A stretch of 64,000 nt of DNA, taken from contig ONLQ01000003.1 of NCBI GenBank assembly GCA_900318665.1, forward strand, positions 12,387 to 76,386, written 5' to 3'. This DNA comes from an uncultured Bacteroidales bacterium. Its GTDB lineage: Bacteria; Bacteroidota; Bacteroidia; Bacteroidales; P3. The notes beneath the pieces are model-generated. The model had not been told where the DNA came from, ran no database searches, and was given only the letters and a program-made list of their open reading frames with translations. Positions within the stretch are counted from its first letter, which is position 1, and each line of letters opens with the position of its first letter. Of the stretch, positions 1 to 10,073 are shown piece by piece. The translations under genes and the position numbers were made by a program.

Positions 1-798
1 ACGGTCATATTCGTCGGCAGTGAGCGTCCGCTGCAGATTGGGCGGCAGAGTGGCACCCTTTGGCGGAAAATACTGCGCCATGACGGAGATATGGATATTT
101 GACGGCATATTGTCGGCAAGCCAGTCGAGCACCTTGATGCTGTTGTCCACCTCGCCAGGCAGAACAAGATGGCGCACGATAAGCCCACGGAAAGCCATGC
201 CACGCTCGTCACACAACAGTCCCGACCCTTTCTGCCGAGCCATCTCCTTTAGAGCCTCGGCAGCACGCTGCGGATAGTCGGCAGCATTGGAAAGACGCGC
301 GGCAAGCGAGGAGTCCATGTACTTGAAATCGGGCAGATAGACATCGACATAAGGCTCCATGCGGCGCAACGTAGCAATATCGTCGTAGCCGTTGCTGTTA
401 TATACCACCGTAGGATTGTAGCCATCGCGGCGCAACGCCTCGACTATCTCGGGCACACTGTCGGCATAATGCGTGGGGCTGACAAGGCCAAGCACATTCT
501 CGCACTGCGGCAGCAGGCTCTCTATGCGCTCCACAACCTCACGCAAAGAATGGTAGAACACGCGCGAGGATTCGACCTCGGCGCGACTTATATCGAGATT
601 CTGGCAATAGCAACACTGCAGATTGCAATGCGAGAAAAACACGTTGCACACGCCTTTCTCGCCACAAAGAGGAGGCTCCTCGCCAGGATGTATGCACACC
701 GACGCAACCTCTGGCTCTATTCCCGCATGGCAGAAACCCATACGCGACACACGGTCCACACCGCAGTGACGAGGGCAACACGAACAACCTTTTTCCAT
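1..798 (-). CDS. radical SAM protein (PflX / pyruvate formate-lyase-activase-like); C-terminal end runs off the window
   Basis: I translated the minus strand from the ATG at complement 796-798: MEKGCSCCPRHCGVDRVSRMGFCHAGIEPEV...FFSHCNLQCCYCQN. CNLQCCYC is the CxxxCxxC radical-SAM cluster motif. The frame stays open for 266 codons to position 1, so it is missing from the ORF track (no stop in the window). Confidence 0.8.
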   Translation of the reverse strand, partial: MEKGCSCCPRHCGVDRVSRMGFCHAGIEPEVASVCIHPGEEPPLCGEKGVCNVFFSHCNLQCCYCQNLDISRAEVESSRVFYHSLREVVERIESLLPQCENVLGLVSPTHYADSVPEIVEALRRDGYNPTVVYNSNGYDDIATLRRMEPYVDVYLPDFKYMDSSLAARLSNAADYPQRAAEALKEMARQKGSGLLCDERGMAFRGLIVRHLVLPGEVDNSIKVLDWLADNMPSNIHISVMAQYFPPKGATLPPNLQRTLTADEYDR

Positions 799-812
799 CG
801 TTTTCACGGGTG

Positions 813-820
813 CAAAGGTA
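813..820 (-). promoter_or_regulatory. Bacteroidetes -7 box (TACCTTTG on the minus strand) for the radical SAM gene
   Basis: The complement of caaaggta matches the TAnnTTTG consensus and lies 15 nt upstream of the ATG at 798. Confidence 0.45.
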
Positions 821-852
821 AGCGTTTTTTTCGATAGAAACCTTTTTTTTGC

Positions 853-860
853 TATCTTTG
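853..860 (+). promoter_or_regulatory. Bacteroidetes -7 box (TATCTTTG) for ridA
   Basis: Matches TAnnTTTG and lies 49 nt upstream of the ATG at 909. It is divergent from the radical SAM promoter. Confidence 0.5.
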
Positions 861-908
861 CATTCGCAAACAAACAAAACCGACCAATAAATAAAAATAC
901 CTTTTACT

Positions 909-1289
909 ATGAAAAAAGTCATCAGCACACCCAACGCACCTGCGGCCATAGGTCCTTACAGCCAGGCCATTCTCAGCGGCAACACGCTCTATATCTCGGG
1001 ACAAGTGCCTATCGTTCCCGCCACTGGCAAACTCATTGAAGGCGACATTACGGCACAAACCGAGCAGGTGATGAGAAATATCAAGGCCATTCTCGACGAG
1101 GCTGGTTTCACCTTCCAAGACGTAGTGAAAAGCACCTGCCTGCTGGCCTCTATGGACTATTTCAAGCCCATGAACGAGGTTTATGCCAAATACTACCCCA
1201 CCGACAGCCCCGCACGCGCCGCTTTCGCAGTGCAGGCACTGCCTATGGGCGCACTGGTAGAGATTGAGACTATCGCCGTCAAAGGCTGA
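909..1289 (+). CDS. ridA: RidA family reactive-intermediate (enamine/imine) deaminase (YjgF/L-PSP)
   Basis: 126 aa. AIGPYSQAI..LYISGQ...TAQTEQVMRNIKAIL...VKSTCLL..M..F..MNEVY...PARAAFAV..LP.GALVEIE is a full-length YjgF/RidA signature. Confidence 0.9.
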   Translation: MKKVISTPNAPAAIGPYSQAILSGNTLYISGQVPIVPATGKLIEGDITAQTEQVMRNIKAILDEAGFTFQDVVKSTCLLASMDYFKPMNEVYAKYYPTDSPARAAFAVQALPMGALVEIETIAVKG

Positions 1290-1332
1290 CGCCGACATAA
1301 ATTCATCGGACATCAGATAGAAAAGAAATGAT

Positions 1333-1367
1333 ATAGGACTAATCCCCGCATTAGTCCTATTAATTTA
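1333..1367 (+). terminator. stem-loop terminator after ridA
   Basis: ataggactaat / attagtcctat is an 11-bp perfect stem with loop ccccgc, followed by a T/A-rich tail. Confidence 0.5.
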
Positions 1368-1391
1368 TATGTCAGAACAAACTCACACATC

Positions 1392-1838
1392 ATGCTTGAA
1401 GTTGGAACAAAAGCCCCTCATTTCGAAGGCTATGACGAGAATGGCAACATCGTGAAACTGACCGATTTCGCCAACAAGAAACTCGTGCTGTATTTCTATC
1501 CCAAGGACAGCACCCCTGGCTGCACCGCCGAGGCTTGCGACCTGCGCGACAACTACCAGCGTTTCCTTGCGCTGGGCTACGAGGTTCTGGGCGTGAGCCG
1601 CGACTCGCAGGCTTCGCATCAGCGTTTTATAGCCAAATACGAACTGCCTTTCCACCTTATCTCCGACCCCGAATGTGCTATTCTCAAAGCCTACGAGGCA
1701 TGGGGGCTGAAGAAAAACTACGGCAAGGAAACCATGGGCACACTGCGCACCACCTACGTCATTGACGAGCAAGGCATCATAATAGACGCCATTGCAAAAG
1801 TAGATACGAAAAACCATAGTGCCCAGTTGCTCAAATAG
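1392..1838 (+). CDS. bcp: thioredoxin-dependent peroxiredoxin Bcp
   Basis: 148 aa. The APHF..D.NG..V.L.DF..KKLVLYFYPKDSTPGCT.EAC motif is typical of Bcp/PrxQ. Confidence 0.9.
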   Translation: MLEVGTKAPHFEGYDENGNIVKLTDFANKKLVLYFYPKDSTPGCTAEACDLRDNYQRFLALGYEVLGVSRDSQASHQRFIAKYELPFHLISDPECAILKAYEAWGLKKNYGKETMGTLRTTYVIDEQGIIIDAIAKVDTKNHSAQLLK

Positions 1839-1846
1839 CATTTGCC

Positions 1847-2281
1847 GTGTCACAGCTAATAATAACATCGCGTCTGGGGCGTCTTATGGGACGTATGCCT
1901 CACAAAATCTTTCTCAATAACACTTTTGTAGGCATTATGAATATTCCCTCTGTCAAAATAGAGTTGCCAGAGGGGCAATACACATTGACCATACAGCATG
2001 CCCTACCCGTCTTATCGGTGACGCGACAGGTGGCTGTGAAAAACGGCACAGAGACCCATGTGGATTTCTATAGCCGTGAACGCTGGTGGGACATATTGTT
2101 TTCTATCGACCTGCTGCTTTGCGTCATCAAACTATTTGTCACCCTACCGTCGCCATGGGGTTGGATTTACGAGATACTGACCAATGGCTTTTTCGTGGCC
2201 TGGCTCATATACGAATGGTCGATACGCAAACGCTATTACAAGATAGACCTCTACGAGACAGCCGACACAACGGCACGATAG
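1847..2281 (+). CDS. hypothetical membrane protein
   Basis: 144-aa ORF with a GTG start (alternative ATG at 1886). It has two hydrophobic helices near the C-terminus. I recognise no family. Confidence 0.45.
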   Translation: MSQLIITSRLGRLMGRMPHKIFLNNTFVGIMNIPSVKIELPEGQYTLTIQHALPVLSVTRQVAVKNGTETHVDFYSRERWWDILFSIDLLLCVIKLFVTLPSPWGWIYEILTNGFFVAWLIYEWSIRKRYYKIDLYETADTTAR

Positions 2282-2309
2282 AAAAACGCAGCGAATAGAG
2301 GCAAAACAC

Positions 2310-2352
2310 AACGGGTCGTCAGTTTTCACACCGACGACCCGTTCTTTTTATT
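2310..2352. terminator. bidirectional stem-loop terminator between convergent genes
   Basis: aacgggtcgtc / gacgacccgtt is an 11-bp stem followed by ctttttatt. Confidence 0.55.
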
Positions 2353-2389
2353 CGATTTCAAGAATACAGACGTATCTGAAAATCGTTCC

Positions 2390-3415
2390 TTACTGAATGT
2401 CTAAATTGTCAAGCGGACCGGCAAGGAGGCCAAGGAACTGGTCTTTTGCGTCAAACTCAAGACGAGTGTATTTCTTCTGCTTGTTGACCTTCTGGCTCAC
2501 CACCACATAGGTGTAGGGCTTGGGCTTTTTGCCATCGTCGCCACGATATTTGCTATCGGCGGTGTAGTTGACCATTTTCTCGATGGTGTATTTCTCGCCC
2601 TTGAATTTCTCGTCAAGATATTTCACGATACCTTTTTTGTAGCGTTCTTTTTCAAGAACCTTGCCCAGCCATTCGCAAGCGCCTGTCTCTGCATTGTAGA
2701 TAACCTCGAAGCCAGCCTTCTGGGGGTTGGTGTAGTAGGCCACCATGCGAGCGCCGTTGTCGCGTTTTGCCCATTCGGGACCTTTCTTGACGCGCTTGGC
2801 GTGGTTCTTCTCAAAGTGAGCGGCAATAGGAGCGGTGGGCTCAACGGCAGATGCCTCGGCGGGTTTATCCTCCTCGGGCAGGGGGCGTTTGCCACGACGG
2901 GTGTTGCGGCCGTCGTCAGACTCGGGGTTGTTCAGCGTGTAGTATTCACGTTTCACGGCCTCTGGGTCGGGAGCGTTGCTCTTCATCAGTTTTCCCCGTG
3001 TGTCGAAAATCATCTCGCAGTCAGCAGCATCGAGAGCGTCGCGGGCAATGATTACACGGTAGTAGTTGTCGCCGCCCATTTCCTCGATATAATTGATTTC
3101 CTTGGTGCGATAGCCAGGATAGTTGTCGTTGATGTAGGTTGTCATCAGCGTAGGACATTCCTTCAGTTTTACCGGGAAGGCGCTGTACTGCCAATCACCG
3201 CCAGCGGTGAAATAGCCACGGCCAGCCTGTCCGTCGATAACGAAATCGGCGATATACTGTCCAGGAGCCTGATACCACGTCTTGACCTTGTAGGACTCAT
3301 AGGTCTTGGCAAGAGTGATGAGGACTGACTTGGGAACCTCGGTTTCCTTTACCTTGGTCTGCGCTCCAACCATCAGAGGGAGGCATATCAGTGCAAGCAG
3401 AAGGTATTTCTTCAT
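2390..3415 (-). CDS. secreted PepSY-like (beta-lactamase-inhibitor-like) domain protein
   Basis: 341 aa. Signal peptide MKKYLLLALICLPLMVGAQ. There are two repeats of the 'P..v...yp.y......' PepSY-like pattern separated by a charged linker. Confidence 0.6.
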   Translation of the reverse strand: MKKYLLLALICLPLMVGAQTKVKETEVPKSVLITLAKTYESYKVKTWYQAPGQYIADFVIDGQAGRGYFTAGGDWQYSAFPVKLKECPTLMTTYINDNYPGYRTKEINYIEEMGGDNYYRVIIARDALDAADCEMIFDTRGKLMKSNAPDPEAVKREYYTLNNPESDDGRNTRRGKRPLPEEDKPAEASAVEPTAPIAAHFEKNHAKRVKKGPEWAKRDNGARMVAYYTNPQKAGFEVIYNAETGACEWLGKVLEKERYKKGIVKYLDEKFKGEKYTIEKMVNYTADSKYRGDDGKKPKPYTYVVVSQKVNKQKKYTRLEFDAKDQFLGLLAGPLDNLDIQ

Positions 3416-3479
3416 AATTGTATGGTGTTGTTTCTTTTTTAACGAGATATAGGCCTTTTTATTGCATTAGGGCAGCCTT

Positions 3480-4772
3480 TTATTTGAAAAGCACGTCTTT
3501 GCGGTCGGGGCTGATGGAAACTGCCATGATATGGACACCAGTGTGCTGCTCAATGGCGTCGAGATAGGTGCGCAGACGCTGCGGCAACTGCTCGTAGGAG
3601 GTGGTGCCGGCAAGAGGAGTTTTCCAACCCTCGAACTTCTGCAACACGGGCTCTATTTTCACATCGTTGAACTCAAAGGGCAATTCGTCGGTCTGCTGAC
3701 CGTTGATGCTGTAGGCGGTACACATTTTCACCTCGTCAAAATCGTCCATGACGTCGGGCTTGGTGACGAAGAGGTCAGTCACGCCGTCGAGCATACAGGC
3801 GTAGCGAAGAGCCGGAATGTCAATCCAGCCACAACGACGCGGACGGCCGGTAACGCTGCCGAACTCATGACCATTCTCGCAGAGTCTCTTTCCCGTCTCG
3901 TCGAAGAGTTCCGTCGGGAACGGGCCTGCGCCCACGCGGGTGCAGTAGGCCTTGGTGATGCCCATAACACGACCTATTGACGAAGGGGCAATGCCAAGTC
4001 CGGAGCAGACGCCAGCGGTGACGGTGTTGGACGATGTCACGAAAGGATATGAGCCGAAATCAATGTCGAGCATAGAACCTTGTGCGCCTTCGGCCAGAAC
4101 TTTTTTGCCGTCGCGCAGGCACTGGTTGATAAAGTACTCGCTGTTGATAAGGCGGAACTGGCGCAAGGTCTGGAGCGACTCCATCCAGCGCTTCTCGTAT
4201 TCGGCAAACGGTATGCCTTCAAGTTGGAACGACTCGACATCGAAGCCCAGCATACGTGCCATCTGGATATGCTGCTGACGCAGATGCTCAAAACGAGCGG
4301 AGAAATCAGCCGAGAGGATATCGCCAACACGGAGGCCGGTGCGGGCGACCTTGTCGGTATAGGCTGGGCCGATGCCCTTGAGCGTGGAGCCAATCTTCGA
4401 CTTGCCCTTGGACTGCTCGTTGGCGGCATCCATCAAGCGATGCGACGGCAGAATAAGGTGGGCTTTCTTAGATATATAGAGGTTCTGCGTGGCATCGACG
4501 TTTTTCTCTTTCAGTGCCTCAATCTCGCCCTTGAAAATGCAAGGTTCGATAAGCACTCCGTTGCCAATGACATTAATCTTTTCGCGGTGGAAGATGCCCG
4601 AAGGAATGGTGCGAAGAACATGTTTCATGCCATTGAATTCGAGGGTGTGGCCAGCATTGGGACCACCTTGGAAACGCGCCACCACGTCGTATTGCGGCGT
4701 AAGCACGTCAACAACCTTGCCTTTACCCTCATCGCCCCATTGGAGCCCTAACAGCACGTCTACTTTGCTCAT
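3480..4772 (-). CDS. purA: adenylosuccinate synthase
   Basis: 430 aa. N-terminus VLLGLQWGDEGKGKVVD and GPNAGHT are the PurA signatures. Confidence 0.95.
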   Translation of the reverse strand: MSKVDVLLGLQWGDEGKGKVVDVLTPQYDVVARFQGGPNAGHTLEFNGMKHVLRTIPSGIFHREKINVIGNGVLIEPCIFKGEIEALKEKNVDATQNLYISKKAHLILPSHRLMDAANEQSKGKSKIGSTLKGIGPAYTDKVARTGLRVGDILSADFSARFEHLRQQHIQMARMLGFDVESFQLEGIPFAEYEKRWMESLQTLRQFRLINSEYFINQCLRDGKKVLAEGAQGSMLDIDFGSYPFVTSSNTVTAGVCSGLGIAPSSIGRVMGITKAYCTRVGAGPFPTELFDETGKRLCENGHEFGSVTGRPRRCGWIDIPALRYACMLDGVTDLFVTKPDVMDDFDEVKMCTAYSINGQQTDELPFEFNDVKIEPVLQKFEGWKTPLAGTTSYEQLPQRLRTYLDAIEQHTGVHIMAVSISPDRKDVLFK

Positions 4773-4916
4773 ATCTGATTAATTATTATTGTATCTTTTT
4801 AGTTATAAACACATTAAATATATGTGCCAGCGCATTGCGACACACTCAAACAAGGTGCGAAGATACTCATTTTTGTTTTATCTGCGTCAAAAAAGTTGCC
4901 TCGCAGCCAATAACGG

Positions 4917-5555
4917 TTATTCCTTATCCCTCTGTTTCTTGAACCAATCTACAAATTCGGGCAGGTCGTCCATTGGGCGGAAGCCTGATTTGAAAGGCTC
5001 TTCGGGCAGAGGAACAACCTCCAGATAGCCCATAAGCGTGGCGCAATCATACTCGCCAATCATAGACTCTATGGTGACATAGACGCCGACCTGCAGGTCT
5101 TCGTCGTCGATGGTGGGAACGTTCTTGCCGCCGCACACCTCTTTCAAGTCAACCGCGACACGCAGTCCGATGAAATCGGGCTCTTCTTCGCACTCCAACT
5201 GCATGAAGTGCATTTTGGAGGTATTGAACGTGTAGCGGTCGAAACGCACGCGAAGCCCCGCTCCGTTGGGTTGCTTGAACGGCACGAACTCCCACCAGTC
5301 GAGGTCGGGAGCGTTGTCGGTGAGGTCGAGCAGAAAACGGAAGAGGTCGGTATCGCCTTCGGCGGTGAAAGTCAGTTTGCGTCCCGATGTCGTGGACTCG
5401 CCCATCACGAACGACAGACCCTCGCAGTACTGGTCTAGTTGTTGCTGCAATTCGTCGAGCAACTGCTTGCGCTCTTCGTCGCCAAGGTCGGCCAGCATGG
5501 TAAGGCGCTCGTTGTGAGCCTCAAACCACTGCCAAAATTTCTTATAGTCGTGCAT
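4917..5555 (-). CDS. hypothetical protein (conserved-looking, unassigned)
   Basis: 212-aa ORF co-directional with purA and murB, with native composition. I recognise no motif. Confidence 0.55.
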   Translation of the reverse strand: MHDYKKFWQWFEAHNERLTMLADLGDEERKQLLDELQQQLDQYCEGLSFVMGESTTSGRKLTFTAEGDTDLFRFLLDLTDNAPDLDWWEFVPFKQPNGAGLRVRFDRYTFNTSKMHFMQLECEEEPDFIGLRVAVDLKEVCGGKNVPTIDDEDLQVGVYVTIESMIGEYDCATLMGYLEVVPLPEEPFKSGFRPMDDLPEFVDWFKKQRDKE

Positions 5556-5604
5556 AAATATTCTGTTTTTGTTTATTGCTGCTTGATTATACTGATTTAG
5601 TACC

Positions 5605-6636
5605 CTACTCGTTAAAAAACACCTCTCGCTGCAACGTCACGCCGAAACGGGCCTCGACGTCGGCTATGATGGCGTTGGCAAGTTGAACAATCTCATCGAA
5701 AGTGCAGCCGCCCCTATTGACGAGCACGAGAGCCTGCTTGTCCCACACGCCGCAACGGCCCAGCGAACGTCCACGCCAGCCGCACTGCTCTATCAGCCAG
5801 CCCGCCGCCAACTTATAGCCATCGCCGAAAGCATAACCCGCTATGCCTGGGTAATCTTTCTGCAACTGTTCGAAATGCGAAGCCGTGACAACGGGGTTCT
5901 TGAAAAAACTACCTGCGCTGCCCCACTCTTCGGGACGAGGCAGCCGCCCCCATCTGATGCGTGTGACGATATCGAAGGTCTGCATTGCCGTGGGGTTTGC
6001 GATGCCCTCGTCGCGCAAAGTCTGCGCCAAAGCGCTATACGACAAATTGGGAATATAACGCGTATGAAGGCGATAGACGACCGACGTTATGACTAAACGG
6101 CCAGCCATGCTATGCTTGAACACGCTATCGCGATAGGCAAAGAGGCACTCGTCGTGGCTGAACGAAAGAGTTTTGCCGCTCTCGATACCGACAGCATGGA
6201 CACAATCTATATATTGCCCAGCCTCGCTCCCATAGGCTCCAACGTTCTGCACCGCCGAGGCTCCAACGGTGCCAGGTATGGCAGCAAGGTTTTCCAATCC
6301 ATACCACCCTTGACCGATGCAATGCCGCACAAAGGAGTCCCACTCCTCGCCAGCCTCGGCCTCGACCAGCACATACTCGTCTGTCTGCCCGACAAGACGT
6401 ATTCCCTTGGTAGCCATGCGAACCACCGTGCCACGATAGCGGTCGGCAAACACCATATTGCTGCCGCCACCAAGAATAACAAATGGCTCTTTCAGCAAAT
6501 GACGCTTTATCAGATAATCAAGATGCGCGGCGGTGTCAACCTCTATGAAACAGTCTGCCACGGCGTTAGTGCCAAAAGTGTGATAGGGACGCAACGAAAC
6601 GTCATGTAATACGGCTGGTATGGCGAAGTCTGTCAT
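5605..6636 (-). CDS. murB: UDP-N-acetylenolpyruvoylglucosamine reductase
   Basis: 343 aa. The FAD-binding ILGGGSNMVF motif and the C-terminal MurB region (AGWLIEQCGWRG) are present. Confidence 0.9.
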   Translation of the reverse strand: MTDFAIPAVLHDVSLRPYHTFGTNAVADCFIEVDTAAHLDYLIKRHLLKEPFVILGGGSNMVFADRYRGTVVRMATKGIRLVGQTDEYVLVEAEAGEEWDSFVRHCIGQGWYGLENLAAIPGTVGASAVQNVGAYGSEAGQYIDCVHAVGIESGKTLSFSHDECLFAYRDSVFKHSMAGRLVITSVVYRLHTRYIPNLSYSALAQTLRDEGIANPTAMQTFDIVTRIRWGRLPRPEEWGSAGSFFKNPVVTASHFEQLQKDYPGIAGYAFGDGYKLAAGWLIEQCGWRGRSLGRCGVWDKQALVLVNRGGCTFDEIVQLANAIIADVEARFGVTLQREVFFNE

Positions 6637-6651
6637 TATCGTGTGTGAGGA

Positions 6652-8967
6652 TTAAATATCGTAGCCTATCGAGACCGACATGCCCCAACGGCTGCTGAGC
6701 GAACTCCAGAAAACGTCAACGGCTATAAGGCCGAGAACCGAACGCAGTCCGTAGCGGAGACCGCCGCCGTAGTAGAACGCAAGCGGCGAGGTGTCCTCGA
6801 TGGTGAAAATATGCTGATTGCTGCCGCCTATGGCGTTGAGCAAAACGGAGATATAATGCGGCCCACGGATGTTGAAGTTGATGTCGTAGCGAACAATAGC
6901 GGCATCGTAGAACAGAGTCTGCACGTTATTGATTCCGACGAAAGGCAAGTGGTTCTGTCCGTAGCGATTGGCCAGCAGACCGCCAAACAGGGTGCGGAAC
7001 TCGCCATCGTGGCCGTGGTGCGACGTCAAACGGGTGTAAATCTGTGGCGAACCCGTGAAGCGGCTGTCGCCAAAAGTATGGTTCTGTCGCAGATACAGCA
7101 TTATGTCACCAATACCAGTCCCTTCAGGAGCAAACTGCGAGTCGTGTGCAAAACGCCAATTGAACGAAACATTGAGGAGCAGACCGTTGCGTGCGAGGCT
7201 CTGCTTGTCGCGTGTGTCGTAGGTTATGTGGCCGAACAGACCGTAATACTTATTTGTGGAATTGATAGGAACAAGCGTGTTCTTATTAACAGACTGTTCG
7301 AAATGTATTAGTTCCTCCTGCGCACCAACCAGCAGCGACACGCTTCGGCTCTGGAATTCCGAGAAATAGAGTCTCATACGGTGTTCTTGTCTCATTCCGG
7401 TGCCAGCACTTTCCGAAAAACTGCGTATTCGGTAATTGCATTCACGGAATATGTAATCGAGATTGAGGGTGCCGAAATTCCAACCCTCGAACGAGCCTCG
7501 TATTCTCACCTGAGGATTGTAATTAAGGCGTGCCGTCAGACTCATTTTCGCTCCCGAACTGTGGTACTGGTTAAGGCCGAGCGCAAAAAGCGCGGCTGCG
7601 CTCTCCTCGTTGTCGTAGCGCAAGCCTGCTGCGAAAACGTGAGGCTCGGCGTTTTGTGGCGACAGCGAAAGACGGTAGCAGGTGTTTATAATGGTGTCAG
7701 ACGGGCAAAGCATAGGCGACAGTCTGTAATCTATGCTGGTGAATGCGCCAGTGCCTATCATGCGCTGCACCATTTTCTCTATTTCCTTGCCCGTGGTGAA
7801 ACCTGTCGAGAAACCAATCTTGTGGAGCTGCCGTTCCACATCTTCTTTCGTGGGGCTGTCGATGTCTATTTCCGAGACATACATTGTGTCGCTGGCAATA
7901 TATTCGGCAGGAGGGGCCTGCAATCTCTTTGGATGCAGTCCGTAGCCATCGAGAAACTGACGCAGACTGTCTATGGCGGCGGCGCTCTTCTGCGCGCAGA
8001 CATATCCTCGGTTCACGAGCGAGTCGATAGCGTCCTTAGAGAAACTGAGCATATTGTAACCCGTTATGTCGGGCTTGAAATAAAAATTGCACAATCCTCT
8101 ATTTTCCAATCTTTTATTGCTTACGGCTATCTGCATGAGTTGGCTGGCAATCTGCGGTAGCGACTGCAGTTGGCTGATGTTGGTGTCCAACCCGTCCGAC
8201 ACCTCGACGCCAATGATGATGTCGGCGCCCATCTCGCGACAGATGTCAACGGGAAAATTGTTCACCATGCCGCCGTCAAGCAGCAGATGTCCGTCAATCT
8301 TAACAGGGTCGAACACTCCGGGAATGGCCATGCTGGCACGCATAGATATAGGAAGGCGGCCGCTGCGCATGACATAGGCACCACCAGACATGACGTCGGT
8401 AGCCACGCAGGCAAAGGGTATGGGCAGACGGTCGTAACTCATAGAGTCCTGATAGCCAACACTAAGGCTATTGAACAGGTTGGTCACGTTGCTGCCGCCG
8501 ACAAACGACCCTGGCAGCGACTTTATAAAGGCCTTGCTTATGCCACCCTCCGAGCCCAAAGCATTGTCGGCATCTTTCAGATTGAACGGAATACGCAACA
8601 GATAGTTGCTGCGCATCTGTCGTTCGCCCGACGAGAGCAGTTTGGGGTCTATCTCGCGGCTCATATAGTGCGACCAGTCCAACTCGCTTATCAGTTTTGC
8701 CATCTGTTCGGGCGAATAGCCAAGAGCGTAGAGGCCACCGATGATGGAGCCCATGCTGGTGCCAGCAACATAGTCGATAGGAATACCTTGCTCTTCAAGA
8801 TATTTGAGCACGCCTATATGCGAAGCCCCTTTTGCGCCACCACCGCCAAGCACCAATCCTATGCGCGGACGCTGGGCAGCAGACTTTTTTGCCCTATGCG
8901 ACTGCGACATAACCGCCTGCGGCATAAGCGCTAACGCAATGAAGAAAAGCACCACAAACTTTTTCAT
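6652..8967 (-). CDS. patatin-like phospholipase with C-terminal Omp85-like beta-barrel region
   Basis: 771 aa with a signal peptide. GLVLGGGGAKGASHIGVL (oxyanion GGG) and GTSMGS (GxSxG nucleophile) are present. The long C-terminal region ends in aromatic-rich beta strands. Confidence 0.85.
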   Translation of the reverse strand: MKKFVVLFFIALALMPQAVMSQSHRAKKSAAQRPRIGLVLGGGGAKGASHIGVLKYLEEQGIPIDYVAGTSMGSIIGGLYALGYSPEQMAKLISELDWSHYMSREIDPKLLSSGERQMRSNYLLRIPFNLKDADNALGSEGGISKAFIKSLPGSFVGGSNVTNLFNSLSVGYQDSMSYDRLPIPFACVATDVMSGGAYVMRSGRLPISMRASMAIPGVFDPVKIDGHLLLDGGMVNNFPVDICREMGADIIIGVEVSDGLDTNISQLQSLPQIASQLMQIAVSNKRLENRGLCNFYFKPDITGYNMLSFSKDAIDSLVNRGYVCAQKSAAAIDSLRQFLDGYGLHPKRLQAPPAEYIASDTMYVSEIDIDSPTKEDVERQLHKIGFSTGFTTGKEIEKMVQRMIGTGAFTSIDYRLSPMLCPSDTIINTCYRLSLSPQNAEPHVFAAGLRYDNEESAAALFALGLNQYHSSGAKMSLTARLNYNPQVRIRGSFEGWNFGTLNLDYIFRECNYRIRSFSESAGTGMRQEHRMRLYFSEFQSRSVSLLVGAQEELIHFEQSVNKNTLVPINSTNKYYGLFGHITYDTRDKQSLARNGLLLNVSFNWRFAHDSQFAPEGTGIGDIMLYLRQNHTFGDSRFTGSPQIYTRLTSHHGHDGEFRTLFGGLLANRYGQNHLPFVGINNVQTLFYDAAIVRYDINFNIRGPHYISVLLNAIGGSNQHIFTIEDTSPLAFYYGGGLRYGLRSVLGLIAVDVFWSSLSSRWGMSVSIGYDI

Positions 8968-8990
8968 AGACTATCGCTCTTTTGCGGACA

Positions 8991-9031
8991 CAAAAAAAGG
9001 CGTGCTATCGAGAGAAAGCATACGCCTTTTT
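8991..9031 (-). terminator. rho-independent terminator after the TPR gene
   Basis: aaaaaggcgt ... acgccttttt form the stem arms. On the minus strand the stem is followed by a T7 run. Confidence 0.5.
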
Positions 9032-9053
9032 ATGTCAGATAATGTCATTGTCC

Positions 9054-9737
9054 TTATTTCATGCTCTCGGCAACGGCAATGTATTTGTCCACCTCGCTAT
9101 ATTCGGTGCTCTGGGGGTATTTCTCTTTAATCTGCTCAAGGGCAGCCACGGCCTTGTCGCCCTGCTGGTTGGCAATGTAGAGGATAGCAGTCTTGTAGAG
9201 AGCGGTAGGAGCAACGATGTCGTTGTCGCCAATCTTCGCGGCCTTCTCATAATACTTTATGGCCTCGTCGTTGTCGCCCAACTCTGCCTGTGCATCGCCA
9301 ATGGCCATGACAGCCAAAGCCTTGGTATAGGCGTCCTTGCCCGAATATTTCTTAAGATGGCCGATAGCCTCTTCGTACTGGCCGAGACGCAGTTCGCAAA
9401 TACCAGCATAGTAGCGAGCCAGGTTGGCGGTCTTAGTGCCGCTATAATCGTTAATAATGTCGATAAAGCCAAGCGCGTTGGTGGTCTGATCGCCATTCAA
9501 AGCCTTTTCGTAATCGTAGTTGTCGAAATAGTTTTCTGCCATAAACATTTCGCCGGCAGCCTCTTTCTCGCGAGGCTCGAAATACCATTTCTTGAGACCA
9601 AAATAGCCAAGCACAACAACCACGATGGTTGCCACCACGATAAGAATGGTGTTCTTGTATTTCTCAATAAAAGCCTCGGCTTTAGTGATAATGTCGTTGA
9701 TTTCAACGTTTTGTTTCTCGACTTGTTCTTCTTTCAT
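9054..9737 (-). CDS. membrane-anchored tetratricopeptide-repeat protein (YfgM-like)
   Basis: The ORF-track start at 9770 is a TTG, so I prefer the ATG at 9737 (MKEEQVEK...). It has a single TM segment (ILIVVATIVVVVLGYFGL) followed by TPR-like helices. Confidence 0.7.
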   Translation of the reverse strand: MKEEQVEKQNVEINDIITKAEAFIEKYKNTILIVVATIVVVVLGYFGLKKWYFEPREKEAAGEMFMAENYFDNYDYEKALNGDQTTNALGFIDIINDYSGTKTANLARYYAGICELRLGQYEEAIGHLKKYSGKDAYTKALAVMAIGDAQAELGDNDEAIKYYEKAAKIGDNDIVAPTALYKTAILYIANQQGDKAVAALEQIKEKYPQSTEYSEVDKYIAVAESMK

Positions 9738-9934
9738 TGTATTCTTGTATTGTATTTTTTGAGTTTGCAAAAGTAGTTATTTTTTTTGTTTTGTATATGA
9801 TTTTATTTCATCATTTTTCAACCTACTATTTAACCGACGGCATAACAACCAAATTAACTCATCTGATAGACAATGAAATAGGCATTATTTTTACAATTTA
9901 GGAGAATTATATGTCAATATTTCAAAAAAATTGC

Positions 9935-9942
9935 TATTTTTG
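9935..9942 (+). promoter_or_regulatory. candidate -7 box (TATTTTTG) upstream of the DHOD-like gene
   Basis: Matches TAnnTTTG and lies 131 nt upstream of the ATG at 10074, which implies a long leader. Confidence 0.35.
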
Positions 9943-10073
9943 CAAATATTAACTTTATAAGAATAATGCGCGGTTTTATGTGGTTGATTCTGCGAGAAAA
10001 CACATCGGTCGGCAACTCTAACGCAGCACGATGGCAGTAAGCAGAGCTCCACTCCGCCTCCTGATAAAAAGAT

